NCBI GenBank assembly: GCA_018830005.1
Contig: JAHJTE010000001.1
Location: 193,332-257,331, forward strand
Origin: Candidatus Omnitrophota bacterium
Lineage (GTDB): Bacteria; Omnitrophota; Gorgyraeia; JAHJTE01
Reading direction: 5' to 3'
DNA: 64,000 nt
The notes beneath the pieces were generated by a model. The model ran no database searches, was not told the origin of the DNA, and was given only the letters and a program-made list of their open reading frames with translations. Shown in pieces: positions 1 through 10,523 of this stretch. Numbering within the stretch: the stretch's first letter is position 1; each line of letters starts with the position of its first letter. The translations under genes were made by a program, and so were the position numbers.

Positions 1-1
1 T

Positions 2-238
2 AAGGTTAACGATAAACTGCGTGAGTTCTTTTCTAATATAGGAATAGACTTGGTTGATTTTAAACTTGAATTTGGTAGATTTAAAGGAAAGATATTATTA
101 GCAGATGAGATTTCACCCGATACCTGTCGACTCTGGGAGAAAGGAACAGGCAGAAAAATGGATAAAGACAGGTTCAGGCGTGACCTGGGGAGAATCGAAG
201 AAACCTACCAGGAAGTGACAAAGCGAATTTTAGCTTGA
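2..238 (+). CDS. purC: SAICAR synthetase, 3' part (5'-truncated by window edge)
   Basis: Frame open from position 2; LVDFKLEFG...[13 protein letters not shown]...DKDRFR motifs of PurC. Confidence 0.96.
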   Translation, partial: KVNDKLREFFSNIGIDLVDFKLEFGRFKGKILLADEISPDTCRLWEKGTGRKMDKDRFRRDLGRIEETYQEVTKRILA

Positions 239-344
239 TATATTTACCTCAGATAATCCTATAGTTCTGTGTAATTCCGTAAGGAAATCCTATTTAGATA
301 TTCTGAATCTTTTTTATTCAGCATTGCGCCAACCCTATTTTTAG

Positions 345-374
345 TAAACATTAAAGATTTGAGAATAGTATAAT
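345..374 (+). promoter_or_regulatory. Possible sigma70 promoter for purL operon (TAAACA-18-TATAAT)
   Basis: Perfect TATAAT at 369-374 in the purC-purL gap; -35 weak. Confidence 0.35.
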
Positions 375-527
375 ATGTTAGATAAAGCCGCGAAGAAGCG
401 GCTAGATGTTTTAAGTTAATCTGTAAAGAGGCAGATACGCCAAGGATGGCCTCCAGGGAATAGTTTGTATTAGTACAGGTAAAGAAGCTTTTAAATTTGA
501 TTAAGGTAAATAATGGAGGAATTTAAG

Positions 528-2741
528 ATGTCTGAGAGTACAATTGTCATTACAAAAGAGATAATCGAAAAAGAAGGATTATCTTTAGAAGAATACGAGA
601 GGATAAAAGAGTTTATTGGTCGGGAGCCTAATTATACAGAGTTAGGGATGTTTTCGGCAATGTGGAGTGAACATTGTTCCTATAAAAATTCAAGGCCGGT
701 ATTAAAAATTTTTCCCACTAAGGGAAAACAAGTTCTTCAAGGCCCTGGTGAAAATGCAGGGATTGTTGATATCGGCGAGGGCTATGGTGTTGCTTTTAAG
801 ATGGAATCACATAACCATCCTTCTGCTGTTGAGCCTTATGAGGCTTCTGCTACGGGCGGAGGGGGTTGTATGAGAGATATTTTTACCATGGGCGCAAGGC
901 CGGTTGCCTTGTTGGGATCGATAAGATTAGGTGCTTTAGGTGATAAAAAGGTCCAATGGTTATTTAAGGAGATAGGAAGAGGCTTTAGTAGCTATGCTAA
1001 TGTCGTTGAAGTACCGGTTGTTGGAGGAGAAATATATTTCGATCAAAGCTATGAAGGCAACCCCTTAGTTAATGCAATGACAGTCGGCATCCTCAAGCAC
1101 GGTGAAATTACCAGGGCTAAAGCAGCCGGCATAGGTAATATTGTAGCAATGATTGGCGGCGATACTGGTAAAGACGGCGTAGGAGGAGCTGCTTTTGCAT
1201 CTGGAGGGCTGCAGGCCGGCGCTCAAGAGGATACATCTTCAGTTGCTATTGGAGATCCGCAAATGGGCAAAAATTTAAGGGAGGCCTCCTTAGAGCTTAT
1301 TAAATCAGGCATAGTTGTCGGTATGCAGGATATGGGAGCAGCCGGCTTAGTTTGTTCGACCTCGGAGACCGCATCAAAGGGCAATGTTGGAATAGAGATT
1401 GATATTAGTAAGGTTAGGAAGCGCGTTGCTAATATGAATGCCTATGAGATAATGCTTTCTGAAAGCCAGGAAAGAATGTTAGTTATTCTGGAGAAGGATA
1501 AAATAGCCCAGGCCAAGGAGATCTGCGATAAATACTGCGTTCCTCTAGATATTATTGGTTTGGTAAAAGAAGGGGATATGCTAACAGTTAGAGAAGGGGA
1601 TAATGTGGTAGCAGAGGTGCCGGCAAAGGCATTGACGGAGAAAGCGCCCGTTTATATTAGAGAAGAAAAAAAGCCGGATTTTTCTAAGTTTAAATTAGAC
1701 CTCAAAGAGATAAGTCAGCCAAAAGATTATAACCAGGTTTTAATTAAATTATTGAGCTCGCCGACAATAGCAGATAAAAATATAGCTTATAGCAAGAGTG
1801 ATGCGAGTTTATTCTCTAGGGTTATAATAAAGTCGGGCCAGGCAGATGCAGCGGTGATTAAGGTTACCGAAAGAAGAGGCGTTGCTGCCACTACTAACTG
1901 TAATGGGACCTATTGTAGGCTTAATCCTAGATTGGGAGGCCAAATTGCAGTAGCAGAATCAGCTAGGAATTTAGTTTGCGTGGGAGCAAAGCCCTTAGCT
2001 ATTACCGATTGTCTAAATTTCGGTAATCCAACAGATCCTGAAATATTTTGGGGCTTTAGAAAATGCTGCCAAGGAATAGCAGATGCCTGCAAGACTTTAG
2101 ATACTCCGGTGGTAAGCGGTAATGTGAGTTTCTATAATGAAAATCCGAAAGGTACTGTAGATCCTACTCCGGCTATTGGCATGGTCGGGGTTATCGAAGA
2201 TATTAATAAAGTGCAGACCCAAGATTTTAAAGAGGAAGGAGATGTCATTTTATTATTAGGCCAGACAAAAGAGGAAATTGGAGGCTCTGAGTATCTTAAG
2301 GTTATTCATAACTTAAAAAAGGGAGATGCCCCTTCTTTAGATTTAGAAAGAGAGAAGGCACTTTGTGAGGTTGTTCTTACTGCAATAAGGCAAGGGTTAG
2401 TTCAGTCTGCGCACGATTGTTCTGAAGGAGGTTTAGCTATCGCCTTAGCAGAGAGTTGTATAAGCAATCCAGTTAAGAAACTGGGGGCTAGGATTGATTC
2501 AGCCGGTCAAAACATCAGAACAGATGCACTTTTATTTGGAGAGACACAATCGCGTATAATACTAAGTGCAAAGCAGGAGAAGGTCCAAGAAATAATGCAG
2601 ATTGCCAAAGAGCATAAAATTCCAATTTCTATAATTGGCAAGGTGGGTGGCAATAGGCTCTTAATTAACCAATCAATAGATATATCTGTTGATGAGCTAA
2701 ATAAAGCTTGGCGCAATTCAATAGGAAATTACCTTAAATAA
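528..2741 (+). CDS. purL: Phosphoribosylformylglycinamidine synthase subunit PurL (small type)
   Basis: MWSEHCSYK, KMESHNHPSAVEP, QDMGAAG, SESQERM, SAHDCSEGG motifs; GGAGGA RBS at 515-520 favours ATG 528 over 513. Confidence 0.97.
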   Translation: MSESTIVITKEIIEKEGLSLEEYERIKEFIGREPNYTELGMFSAMWSEHCSYKNSRPVLKIFPTKGKQVLQGPGENAGIVDIGEGYGVAFKMESHNHPSAVEPYEASATGGGGCMRDIFTMGARPVALLGSIRLGALGDKKVQWLFKEIGRGFSSYANVVEVPVVGGEIYFDQSYEGNPLVNAMTVGILKHGEITRAKAAGIGNIVAMIGGDTGKDGVGGAAFASGGLQAGAQEDTSSVAIGDPQMGKNLREASLELIKSGIVVGMQDMGAAGLVCSTSETASKGNVGIEIDISKVRKRVANMNAYEIMLSESQERMLVILEKDKIAQAKEICDKYCVPLDIIGLVKEGDMLTVREGDNVVAEVPAKALTEKAPVYIREEKKPDFSKFKLDLKEISQPKDYNQVLIKLLSSPTIADKNIAYSKSDASLFSRVIIKSGQADAAVIKVTERRGVAATTNCNGTYCRLNPRLGGQIAVAESARNLVCVGAKPLAITDCLNFGNPTDPEIFWGFRKCCQGIADACKTLDTPVVSGNVSFYNENPKGTVDPTPAIGMVGVIEDINKVQTQDFKEEGDVILLLGQTKEEIGGSEYLKVIHNLKKGDAPSLDLEREKALCEVVLTAIRQGLVQSAHDCSEGGLAIALAESCISNPVKKLGARIDSAGQNIRTDALLFGETQSRIILSAKQEKVQEIMQIAKEHKIPISIIGKVGGNRLLINQSIDISVDELNKAWRNSIGNYLK

Positions 2742-2765
2742 TATAAGGTAGAGAGGGGAAGGGTA

Positions 2766-3419
2766 ATGAGCAAGAAAAATTCCAAGAGTGGATTTATCTC
2801 TGAAGATCCTTGGCGAGTATTTCGCATTATGTCTGAGTTTGTGGAGGGGTTTGAGGTTATGTCCCAGATCGGTCCAGCCATGGCTATTTTTGGTTCATCG
2901 CGCACGAAGAGAGGCGATAAATATTACAAGATTGCCGAAAGAATAGCCTATTATTTAGCAAAGAGTGGTTACGCGATTATTACTGGCGGCGGGCCAGGTA
3001 TTATGGAGGCGGCTAATAAAGGTGCCAACATGGCAAAGGGGAAATCCGTCGGCTTTAATATCCATATTCCGAGTGAACAGAAGGCAAACTCCTATGTTAA
3101 AATCTTGCTTGATTTTAGATATTTCTTTGTGCGTAAGGTAATGTTTGCAAAATATGCCAAGGCATTTGTAATCTTGCCCGGGGGTTTTGGCACCTTGGAT
3201 GAATTATTTGAATCAATTACCTTAGTTCAGACAAAACGCATTGAACCCTTCCCCATTATTTTGGTAGGGAGTTCCTATTGGGCAGGACTGCTTGATTGGA
3301 TTAAGGTTTCGGTGTTAAAAAATAGTTGTATTTCTAGAAAAGATTTAGAGATTTTTAGCATTGCCGACAGCCCCAAAGAGGTAGCGCAGATAATAAAGAG
3401 ATTTTATAAGCACGGTTAA
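2766..3419 (+). CDS. LOG-family (Rossmann-fold) nucleotide monophosphate nucleosidase
   Basis: ITGGGPGIMEAANKGA, FRYFFVRK, PGGFGTLDE signature. Confidence 0.92.
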   Translation: MSKKNSKSGFISEDPWRVFRIMSEFVEGFEVMSQIGPAMAIFGSSRTKRGDKYYKIAERIAYYLAKSGYAIITGGGPGIMEAANKGANMAKGKSVGFNIHIPSEQKANSYVKILLDFRYFFVRKVMFAKYAKAFVILPGGFGTLDELFESITLVQTKRIEPFPIILVGSSYWAGLLDWIKVSVLKNSCISRKDLEIFSIADSPKEVAQIIKRFYKHG

Positions 3420-3422
3420 AAT

Positions 3423-4847
3423 ATGCCTTTAGGTATTTATAGCCAAGAGAAGGATTATTATCCGAGAGAGCACTGCGGGCTTTTTGGTATATATGGTGCC
3501 AGAGAAGCAAGCTATTTGACATATTTAGGGTTGTATGCGCTCCAGCACCGGGGTGAGGAGTCAGCAGGAATTGTCAGCTCTGATAAAGGAATAATCTCTA
3601 TATACAAAAATATGGGCTTAGTTAATGAGGTCTTCACTCCTGCGAGGCTAAAGACTCTTAAAGGCAGCATTGCCTTTGGTCATATTCGTTATTCTACCAC
3701 TGGCTCAAGCTCAATAAAGAATGCCCAACCAATAGTGATTGACCATCTGGGCAGCTCTTTATCTATAGGTCATAATGGTAACTTGGTAAATAGTCTAAGC
3801 CTAAAGAAACAGCTAGAGGCGAAAGGCTCAATCTTTAGGACCGCTACTGATTCTGAGATTATCCTGCATCTTATGGCCAGGGCCAAGACTAGAAGCCTGA
3901 AAGGGATGCTGACGTATGCCCTTAGTAAGATTAAAGGAGCCTATTCTCTTATTTTAATGACTAATGATGCCTTAATTGGTGTGCGTGATCCTGGAGGTTT
4001 TAGGCCACTTTCTCTGGGCAAGAAAGGTAAAGGCCTTTGTTTAGCCTCTGAGACATGCGCCTTTGATTTAGTGGGTGCCCAGTTTATAAGAGACATCAGG
4101 CCAGGGGAGGTAGTTATCATTGACCGCAAGGGGCTGCATTCCTTTTTTCCTTTAAAAGTCAGACAGAAACCTTCTTATTGTATATTTGAACATATATATT
4201 TTTCCCGACCAGACTCATTTTTATTCGGGGAGTCGGTTCACGTTGTACGAGGGCGTCTAGGAGAGAATTTGGCAAAAGAACATCCTGTGGATGCAGATAT
4301 TGTGGCCAGTGTTCCTGATTCAGGAAATTCTGCCAGCTTAGGTTTTTCCCATGCCAGCGGCATACCCCTAGAGATGGCCATTATTCGTAATCACTACGTA
4401 GGTCGGACCTTTATCCAGCCACATCAGGAAATTCGCGATTTAAGGGTGAAGCTAAAGTTCAATTTAATAAAAGATATAATTAAGGGAAAGAGGGTGGTAA
4501 TTGTAGATGACTCTATTGTGCGGGGGACAACTTCACGTATCCGTGTCAATAGCCTTAAAGAAGCAGGAGCAAAAGAAGTGCATTTACGTATCTCTTGTCC
4601 GCCCCATAAATTTGCCTGTTTCTATGGTATAGATTTTCCTCGCTCTAGTGAGTTGATTGCCAATAGATTGAATTTACGAGAAAGAGAAAAGTTTTTAGGT
4701 GTGGATAGTTTAAGATATTTAAGTTTAGAAGGTTTACAAGTTTCAGTTGAATCGCCCAGCTGTAATTATTGCTTTGCCTGTTTTACTGGAACTTATCCAG
4801 TTGCCTTTGAGAACAAAGGTAAATATGACCTTGAGCCAAGATGTTAA
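3423..4847 (+). CDS. purF: Amidophosphoribosyltransferase
   Basis: Propeptide then CGLFG; QHRGEES, GHIRYST, HNGN, VDDSIVRGTT; C-terminal Fe-S Cys (CFAC). Confidence 0.97.
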   Translation: MPLGIYSQEKDYYPREHCGLFGIYGAREASYLTYLGLYALQHRGEESAGIVSSDKGIISIYKNMGLVNEVFTPARLKTLKGSIAFGHIRYSTTGSSSIKNAQPIVIDHLGSSLSIGHNGNLVNSLSLKKQLEAKGSIFRTATDSEIILHLMARAKTRSLKGMLTYALSKIKGAYSLILMTNDALIGVRDPGGFRPLSLGKKGKGLCLASETCAFDLVGAQFIRDIRPGEVVIIDRKGLHSFFPLKVRQKPSYCIFEHIYFSRPDSFLFGESVHVVRGRLGENLAKEHPVDADIVASVPDSGNSASLGFSHASGIPLEMAIIRNHYVGRTFIQPHQEIRDLRVKLKFNLIKDIIKGKRVVIVDDSIVRGTTSRIRVNSLKEAGAKEVHLRISCPPHKFACFYGIDFPRSSELIANRLNLREREKFLGVDSLRYLSLEGLQVSVESPSCNYCFACFTGTYPVAFENKGKYDLEPRC

Positions 4848-4884
4848 TTTAGGTGAGCTATTAATTTAAAAAGAAGAGGTATTT

Positions 4885-5904
4885 ATGATGAAAAAATTAA
4901 CCTATAAAAAAAGTGGCGTGGATACAAAGAAGGCAGCCAAGTTTATTAAAGACATTACCCCGTTGGTTAAACAGACTAAAAGGTTTGGAGTCTTAAAGGA
5001 TATTGGCAGTTTTGGAGGTTTTTTTTCTTTTTTAAAACCTAGTCTTAAGCATCCGGTCTTGGTCTCTTCTAGTGATGGAGTGGGCACCAAGATTAAAATT
5101 GCCATCTTGGCTAATATTCATGATAGCGTAGGCATTGACTTAGTAGCAATGAATGTTAATGATGTCCTTTGTTCAGGAGCCCAGCCTCTGTTTTTTCTTG
5201 ATTATATCTCTTGTTGTCAGATCCAGCCCAAGACTTTTAAGTCAATTATTAAAGGGATTGTTAACGGTTGCAAACAGGCTGACTGTGCTCTTTTAGGCGG
5301 AGAGACAGCCGAGATGCCCGGGATGTATAAAAAAGGCGATTATGACCTGGCGGGTTTCTGCGTAGGGGTGGTAGAAAGGGATAAAATAATTAGGCCAAAT
5401 AAAGTATCCACAGGAGATGTTGTATTAGGCATAGCCTCATCTGGACTTCATTCTAACGGATTTTCCTTAGTACGTAAGATATTTAATAAAGCGCAACTTT
5501 TGTCAAATAAAAGAGAGTTGCTTAAACCAACCCGTATCTATGTGCGGCCAGTATTAAAGTTACTTAAGGAGTTTAACCCTGGTACAGATTTTAAGATCAA
5601 AGGCATTGCCCATATCACCGGAGGCTCATTCTATGATAAGGCTAGCCGCATTGTTCCTAAAGGGAAAACCATTCTTATTAAAAAGGGCTCCTGGCCTATC
5701 CCAAAGATCTTTAAGGCAGTTGCCCAAAAGGGTAAGGTCCAGGAAAAAGAGATGTTTCATACCTTTAATATGGGCATAGGTATGGTTTTAATCCTGGATA
5801 AAAGAATTGCTAGGAAGGCATTAAATAGATTAAGATCTCTAAGGTTTAAAAGCTGGATTATTGGAGAGATTGTTAAGGGTAAGGGAAAGGTCACTATAGC
5901 CTAG
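4885..5904 (+). CDS. purM: AIR synthetase
   Basis: DGVGTK, GIDLVAMNVND, GGETAEMPG, HSNGFSL, AHITGG, TFNMGIG. Confidence 0.97.
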   Translation: MMKKLTYKKSGVDTKKAAKFIKDITPLVKQTKRFGVLKDIGSFGGFFSFLKPSLKHPVLVSSSDGVGTKIKIAILANIHDSVGIDLVAMNVNDVLCSGAQPLFFLDYISCCQIQPKTFKSIIKGIVNGCKQADCALLGGETAEMPGMYKKGDYDLAGFCVGVVERDKIIRPNKVSTGDVVLGIASSGLHSNGFSLVRKIFNKAQLLSNKRELLKPTRIYVRPVLKLLKEFNPGTDFKIKGIAHITGGSFYDKASRIVPKGKTILIKKGSWPIPKIFKAVAQKGKVQEKEMFHTFNMGIGMVLILDKRIARKALNRLRSLRFKSWIIGEIVKGKGKVTIA

Positions 5905-5907
5905 ACA

Positions 5908-7230
5908 ATGAAGATTCTAGTTTTAGGTAGCGGCGGAAGAGAACACACACTGGTTTATAAGATTGGCCAGTCTTCTTTGGTAGATAAGATATTTTGCATT
6001 CCGGGTAATGCTGGAATAGCTCAAGATGGCGCAGAGTGTGTTAATATTTCACTAGATGATCAGCAGGGATTAATTGAATTCGCAAAGCGTGAAGCAGTTG
6101 ATCTTACTGTTGTCGGACCTGAAGTTCCTCTGGCTGAGGGCATTGTAGATGCATTCGAGGCAGCTGGTTTAAAAATTTTTGGCCCGAGAAAACAAGCAGC
6201 TCAATTAGAATCAAGCAAGATATTCGCCAAGAATTTGCTTAGAAAATATAATGTTCCTACAGCTGATTTTAAAATATTCTCTGATCTTAAGCAGGCCCTT
6301 AGCTTCCTGCGCTCTAAGGATTTTCCTCAGGTGATAAAGGCCGATGGCCTAGCTGCTGGTAAAGGGGTGAGGATAGTAAATTCTTACCCTGAGGCTAAAG
6401 TAGCAGTCGAGGATATGATGCAGAAGAAGATCTTTCAGAAAGCAGGAGAAAGAATCCTGGTTGAGGAGTGTTTGATAGGCGATGAGGTTTCGATTATGGT
6501 CTTAACTGATTCTGAAACAATCCTGCCTCTTGTATCGAGTCAGGACCATAAGAGGGTATTTGATAATGATAGCGGCCCAAACACAGGTGGAATGGGCGCA
6601 TATTCTCCTGCAGCAATCGGAGGCGATTTATTTAAACAGATTATAGATTCTATCGTAGTTCCTGTCATCTCTGGTCTTAAAAAACAGGGCATTGTTTATA
6701 AGGGTGTACTTTATGTAGGTATTATGCTTACCTCAGAAGGTCCAAAGGTCTTAGAGTTTAATGTACGTTTTGGTGATCCGGAAACGCAGGTTATATTACC
6801 GCGTCTAAAAACAGATATAGTTAGAGTTTTTCAGGCTGTGGTAGAGGCGAGATTAAAAGATATAGAATTAGATTGGGATGAACGCAGTTGTGTCTGCGTT
6901 GTGTTAGCCTCTGGCGGATATCCTGGTCACTACGAAAAGAACAAGCCAATATCTGGTTTAGGCAATCTGGCTAAAGATAAAGATGTATTTGTTTTTCATG
7001 CTGGGACAAAATTTTATAACGGAGAATTGGTTACCTCAGGAGGCAGGGTATTAGGAATAAGTGCCTTGGGCCCTACTCTAGATGAAGCAATCACTCGTAT
7101 GTATGAGGCAGTATCACAGATTTCATTTAAGGCTATGCATTTTCGAAAGGACATTGCCCAGAGGGCATTGAAGCCGAGTGTTTCTGTGGGTTTTGATCCC
7201 GGGATAGAGTTAAAGAGAAACGTTAAATAG
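5908..7230 (+). CDS. purD: Phosphoribosylamine-glycine ligase
   Basis: GSGGREH, KADGLAAGKGV, GPNTGGMGAYSP, EFNVRFGDPE. Confidence 0.97.
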   Translation: MKILVLGSGGREHTLVYKIGQSSLVDKIFCIPGNAGIAQDGAECVNISLDDQQGLIEFAKREAVDLTVVGPEVPLAEGIVDAFEAAGLKIFGPRKQAAQLESSKIFAKNLLRKYNVPTADFKIFSDLKQALSFLRSKDFPQVIKADGLAAGKGVRIVNSYPEAKVAVEDMMQKKIFQKAGERILVEECLIGDEVSIMVLTDSETILPLVSSQDHKRVFDNDSGPNTGGMGAYSPAAIGGDLFKQIIDSIVVPVISGLKKQGIVYKGVLYVGIMLTSEGPKVLEFNVRFGDPETQVILPRLKTDIVRVFQAVVEARLKDIELDWDERSCVCVVLASGGYPGHYEKNKPISGLGNLAKDKDVFVFHAGTKFYNGELVTSGGRVLGISALGPTLDEAITRMYEAVSQISFKAMHFRKDIAQRALKPSVSVGFDPGIELKRNVK

Positions 7231-7241
7231 GAGGCTAATAA

Positions 7242-7742
7242 ATGGCAAAAGCAATAGTTAGTATTATTATGGGCAGCTCTTCTGATACACAGGTCTTGAA
7301 AGAAACAGAAATTATCTTGGAAAGATTTTCAGTGCCTTTTGAAAAGAGAGTTCTCTCGGCTCACCGCAGCCCGGAGGATTTAGTGGAATATGTTAAAAAG
7401 GCACAGGATAAAGGCACCAAGATTATTATTGCTGGCGCTGGTGGTGCAGCAGCATTAGCCGGAGTAGTTGCTGCCCATACAGTCTTACCAGTGATCGGCA
7501 TTCCTATGGAGACAAACAGTCTAAAAGGGCTTGATTCGCTTTTGTCTACTGTTCAGATGCCATCCGGCGTTCCTGTAGCAACAATGGCAGTTGGAAAGGC
7601 GGGAGCTAAAAATGCAGCTATCTTGACTTTGCAGATTCTGGCAATAACCGATAAAAAACTCCAGAGGAAATTAGCGGCCTATAAAAAAGAATTGGTTGAT
7701 ACAGTAAGAATTCAGAACAAGAAATTCAAGAATAAAAAATAG
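7242..7742 (+). CDS. purE: N5-CAIR mutase
   Basis: MGSSSD, SAHRSPE, GLDSLLSTVQMPSGVPV. Confidence 0.97.
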   Translation: MAKAIVSIIMGSSSDTQVLKETEIILERFSVPFEKRVLSAHRSPEDLVEYVKKAQDKGTKIIIAGAGGAAALAGVVAAHTVLPVIGIPMETNSLKGLDSLLSTVQMPSGVPVATMAVGKAGAKNAAILTLQILAITDKKLQRKLAAYKKELVDTVRIQNKKFKNKK

Positions 7743-7747
7743 AATAT

Positions 7748-8818
7748 ATGCAGACTAAGATTTTTAAGATGAGTGAGGAGTCTATTGATTATAAGGCATT
7801 GACTGATTGTGTCCAGATTATGGAAAAAGGAGGCATTGTTGCCTTTCCTACGGAAACAGTCTATGGTCTAGGCGTTAATCGCGATAGCAATCAAGCCTTA
7901 AGACGCCTATCTGAGATTAAGAAGCGGTCTTTAAATAAGCAGTTCAGCGTGCATATTGGACCATATCAGCGAATAGAAGATTTTACTTCTGATAATTCAA
8001 GCAGTATTTATAAACTCATCGATAAATTTTGGCCAGGACCCTTGACCTTAATTCTTAAAGCGAAAAGGCGAGGCGAAAAGGTAGGTTTACGTTGTCCTTC
8101 CAATAGAATAGCACAGGAATTAATTAATAGGGCAGTTAATGTGATTGCAGCAACCTCTGCCAATTCATCGGGTGAGGAGCCGGCAGTTGATCCCCGGAGA
8201 GTTTTAGATGAATTTAACGGCAATATTGATGCGTTGATAGATTCAGGTAGAACTGAACTGGCTAAGGAATCTTCTATCGTTGATTTATCAGAGGAAAGCC
8301 CTAAATTATTGAGAATCGCAGCCATAGGAAAAGAGAAAATAGAAAAGGTACTAAATACGAAAGTTGTGCTTTTTGTTTGTACTGGGAATTCATGTCGTTC
8401 TGTTATGGCAGCTGTCTTGTTAAAGGAAAAGCTTAAAAGTGATGCTAAAGATGATATTGAGGTTATTGACGCAGGTATTGCTACATTAGGTGGTATTTCA
8501 GCATCGCAACCTAGTATAGAACTCCTAGCGCGCGTTGGCATTGATGCCTCCAAACATCTTTCTACTCAATTGACGCGCAGAATGATTAGAAAGGCAGATT
8601 TGATTTTTGCTATGGCCAGAATTCATGAAAAGCATATCTTGTCTTTAGCGCCCGAGGCAAAAAATCGCCTGTATCTTTTAAAGGAGTTTGGCCAGGAAAA
8701 AGACGTCTCCAAGACAGATATAGACATAGTTGATCCGATAGGCAGGTCAATGGAGGTTTATGAGGATTGTTTCAATATAATAAAACAATCAATAGAAAGG
8801 GTGAGTGAGCTTATATGA
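7748..8818 (+). CDS. tsaC: Threonylcarbamoyl-AMP synthase (TsaC/Sua5 YrdC domain) fused to low-molecular-weight phosphatase (YwlE-like)
   Basis: N-terminal PTETVYGL, KKR, TSANSSG, SSIVD; C-terminal VCTGNSCRS P-loop and DIVDP. Confidence 0.9.
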   Translation: MQTKIFKMSEESIDYKALTDCVQIMEKGGIVAFPTETVYGLGVNRDSNQALRRLSEIKKRSLNKQFSVHIGPYQRIEDFTSDNSSSIYKLIDKFWPGPLTLILKAKRRGEKVGLRCPSNRIAQELINRAVNVIAATSANSSGEEPAVDPRRVLDEFNGNIDALIDSGRTELAKESSIVDLSEESPKLLRIAAIGKEKIEKVLNTKVVLFVCTGNSCRSVMAAVLLKEKLKSDAKDDIEVIDAGIATLGGISASQPSIELLARVGIDASKHLSTQLTRRMIRKADLIFAMARIHEKHILSLAPEAKNRLYLLKEFGQEKDVSKTDIDIVDPIGRSMEVYEDCFNIIKQSIERVSELI

Positions 8819-9258
8819 TAAGAATAGCTATTGGTAGTGATCATAGAGGGTATTTTCTAAAAGGCAAGCTTAAGAATTTTTTAAGAAGCAATAAAGTGCC
8901 AGCTATTGATGTTGGTACGCATTCTCCTAAGTCTTGTGATTATCCGCTGTTTGCTAAAAGGGTTGCGCATCTGGTTTCTCAAGCAAGAGTAGATTACGGA
9001 ATTTTAATATGTAAGACTGGAATCGGAAGCGCAATAGCAGCAAATAAAATCAAGAATATACGCGCAGCACTTTGTTATAATATAAAGGCAGCTAGATTTT
9101 CTCGCCAGCACAACAACGCCAATATCTTGGTGTTGGGTTCAGATTTTGTTAGTGAGGATCGTGCTAAAAGGATAGTGCAAGAGTGGTTATCGACTAACTT
9201 CGGCGGCGGCCGGCACGAAAGAAGGTTAAAACAGATTACTAATATTGAGGAAGAATAG
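8815..9258 (+). CDS. rpiB: Ribose 5-phosphate isomerase B
   Basis: GSDHRG, DYP, CKTGIG, ANK, HNNAN, GGRHERR. Confidence 0.95.
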   Translation: MIRIAIGSDHRGYFLKGKLKNFLRSNKVPAIDVGTHSPKSCDYPLFAKRVAHLVSQARVDYGILICKTGIGSAIAANKIKNIRAALCYNIKAARFSRQHNNANILVLGSDFVSEDRAKRIVQEWLSTNFGGGRHERRLKQITNIEEE

Positions 9259-9272
9259 AGAGGCTACTTACG

Positions 9273-10523
9273 ATGCAGAATATAAAAAGACATGATCCAG
9301 TATTGTTCAAGTTAATTAAAAAAGAATTAGAACGGCAGAATGCAAATCTGGAATTGATTGCCAGCGAGAATTTTGCTCCGCCTATTATACTTGAGACCCA
9401 GGGAACTTGTCTTACGAATAAATATGCCGAAGGCTATCCGGGGAGGCGCTGGTATGGGGGCTGCGAGGATGTAGATAAGATTGAGGATCTGGCAATTGAG
9501 CGGGCAAAAAAACTTTTCGGTGCAGAACATGTTAATGTCCAGCCGCATTCAGGTTCTTCTGCGAATATGGCTGTTTATTTTAGCGCTTTAGAATTTGGAG
9601 ATACTGTACTTGCACTTGATCTAGCCTGCGGCGGACACCTTACTCACGGGCATGTGCATAACTTTTCCGGACTTTTTTATAATATCGTTACTTATGGTGT
9701 CAACAAAGACTCGGAAATGCTAGATTATGATGAGATACAATCTCTGGCTAAAAGATTTAAGCCAAAGATGATTATTGCAGGTGCCTGTGCCTACCCGCGT
9801 ATAATAGATTTTAAGAAATTTAGAAAAATTGCTGATAGTGTTGGCGCTTATCTATTTGTGGATATGGCTCATATTGCAGGACTGGTTGCAGCAGGCCTGC
9901 ATCCTTCGCCTTTGGCCCATGCTGAATTTGTTACCACGACTACTCATAAAACCTTGCGCGGTCCACGTTCTGGACTTATTATGTGTAAGAAGGAATTTGC
10001 TAAAAGAATCGATTTAATGGTCTTTCCTGGTATTCAGGGCGGACCCCTAATGCATGTCATTGCTGCCAAGGCAGCTGCGCTCAAGCTTGCTTCAACAAAA
10101 AAATTCAGAGATTATCAGCGTCAGACTTTAAATAATGCTAAGGCCCTAGCAGTCTCTTTGGCTGATTTTGGTTTTCGTATTGTTTCAGGCGGGACCGATA
10201 ATCATCTTTTGTTAGTAGATCTATCAAACCGTTCTATTACTGGCCGTGATGCATCAGCAATCTTAGATGAGGCAAATATTACCGTAAATAAAAATCTTAT
10301 ACCTTTTGATAAATTAAGTCCTTTTATCACAAGCGGTATCAGGTTAGGGACTCCTGCTGTTACCTCCAGAGGTATGAAAGAGCACCAGATGAGAAAGATA
10401 AGTGGTTTCATTGATTCTCTTTTGGTGTCTAGGGTTAATAGCGCGGCAATCTCGCATGTTAGGCGAGAGGTTAAAAAAATAACAGATAAATTTCCTCTAT
10501 ATACGGCATTGAGAAAGATATGA
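9273..10523 (+). CDS. glyA: Serine hydroxymethyltransferase
   Basis: [33 protein letters not shown]. Confidence 0.98.
   Translation: MQNIKRHDPVLFKLIKKELERQNANLELIASENFAPPIILETQGTCLTNKYAEGYPGRRWYGGCEDVDKIEDLAIERAKKLFGAEHVNVQPHSGSSANMAVYFSALEFGDTVLALDLACGGHLTHGHVHNFSGLFYNIVTYGVNKDSEMLDYDEIQSLAKRFKPKMIIAGACAYPRIIDFKKFRKIADSVGAYLFVDMAHIAGLVAAGLHPSPLAHAEFVTTTTHKTLRGPRSGLIMCKKEFAKRIDLMVFPGIQGGPLMHVIAAKAAALKLASTKKFRDYQRQTLNNAKALAVSLADFGFRIVSGGTDNHLLLVDLSNRSITGRDASAILDEANITVNKNLIPFDKLSPFITSGIRLGTPAVTSRGMKEHQMRKISGFIDSLLVSRVNSAAISHVRREVKKITDKFPLYTALRKI

Noticed and set aside
239-300. Purine riboswitch-like words (ATAATCC...TTCT...CCGTAA) after purC
   Set aside because: P1-P3 pairing and the AUAUGG loop cannot be built; only a small TTCC-GTAA-GGAA hairpin is present
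239-527. Absence of purS/purQ between purC and purL
   Set aside because: They may lie just outside the window; cannot be judged here
8356-8818. Arsenate reductase ArsC for the CTGNSCRS domain
   Set aside because: The distal redox Cys pair of thioredoxin-coupled ArsC is absent, and the rpiB-glyA context matches YwlE-like phosphatases
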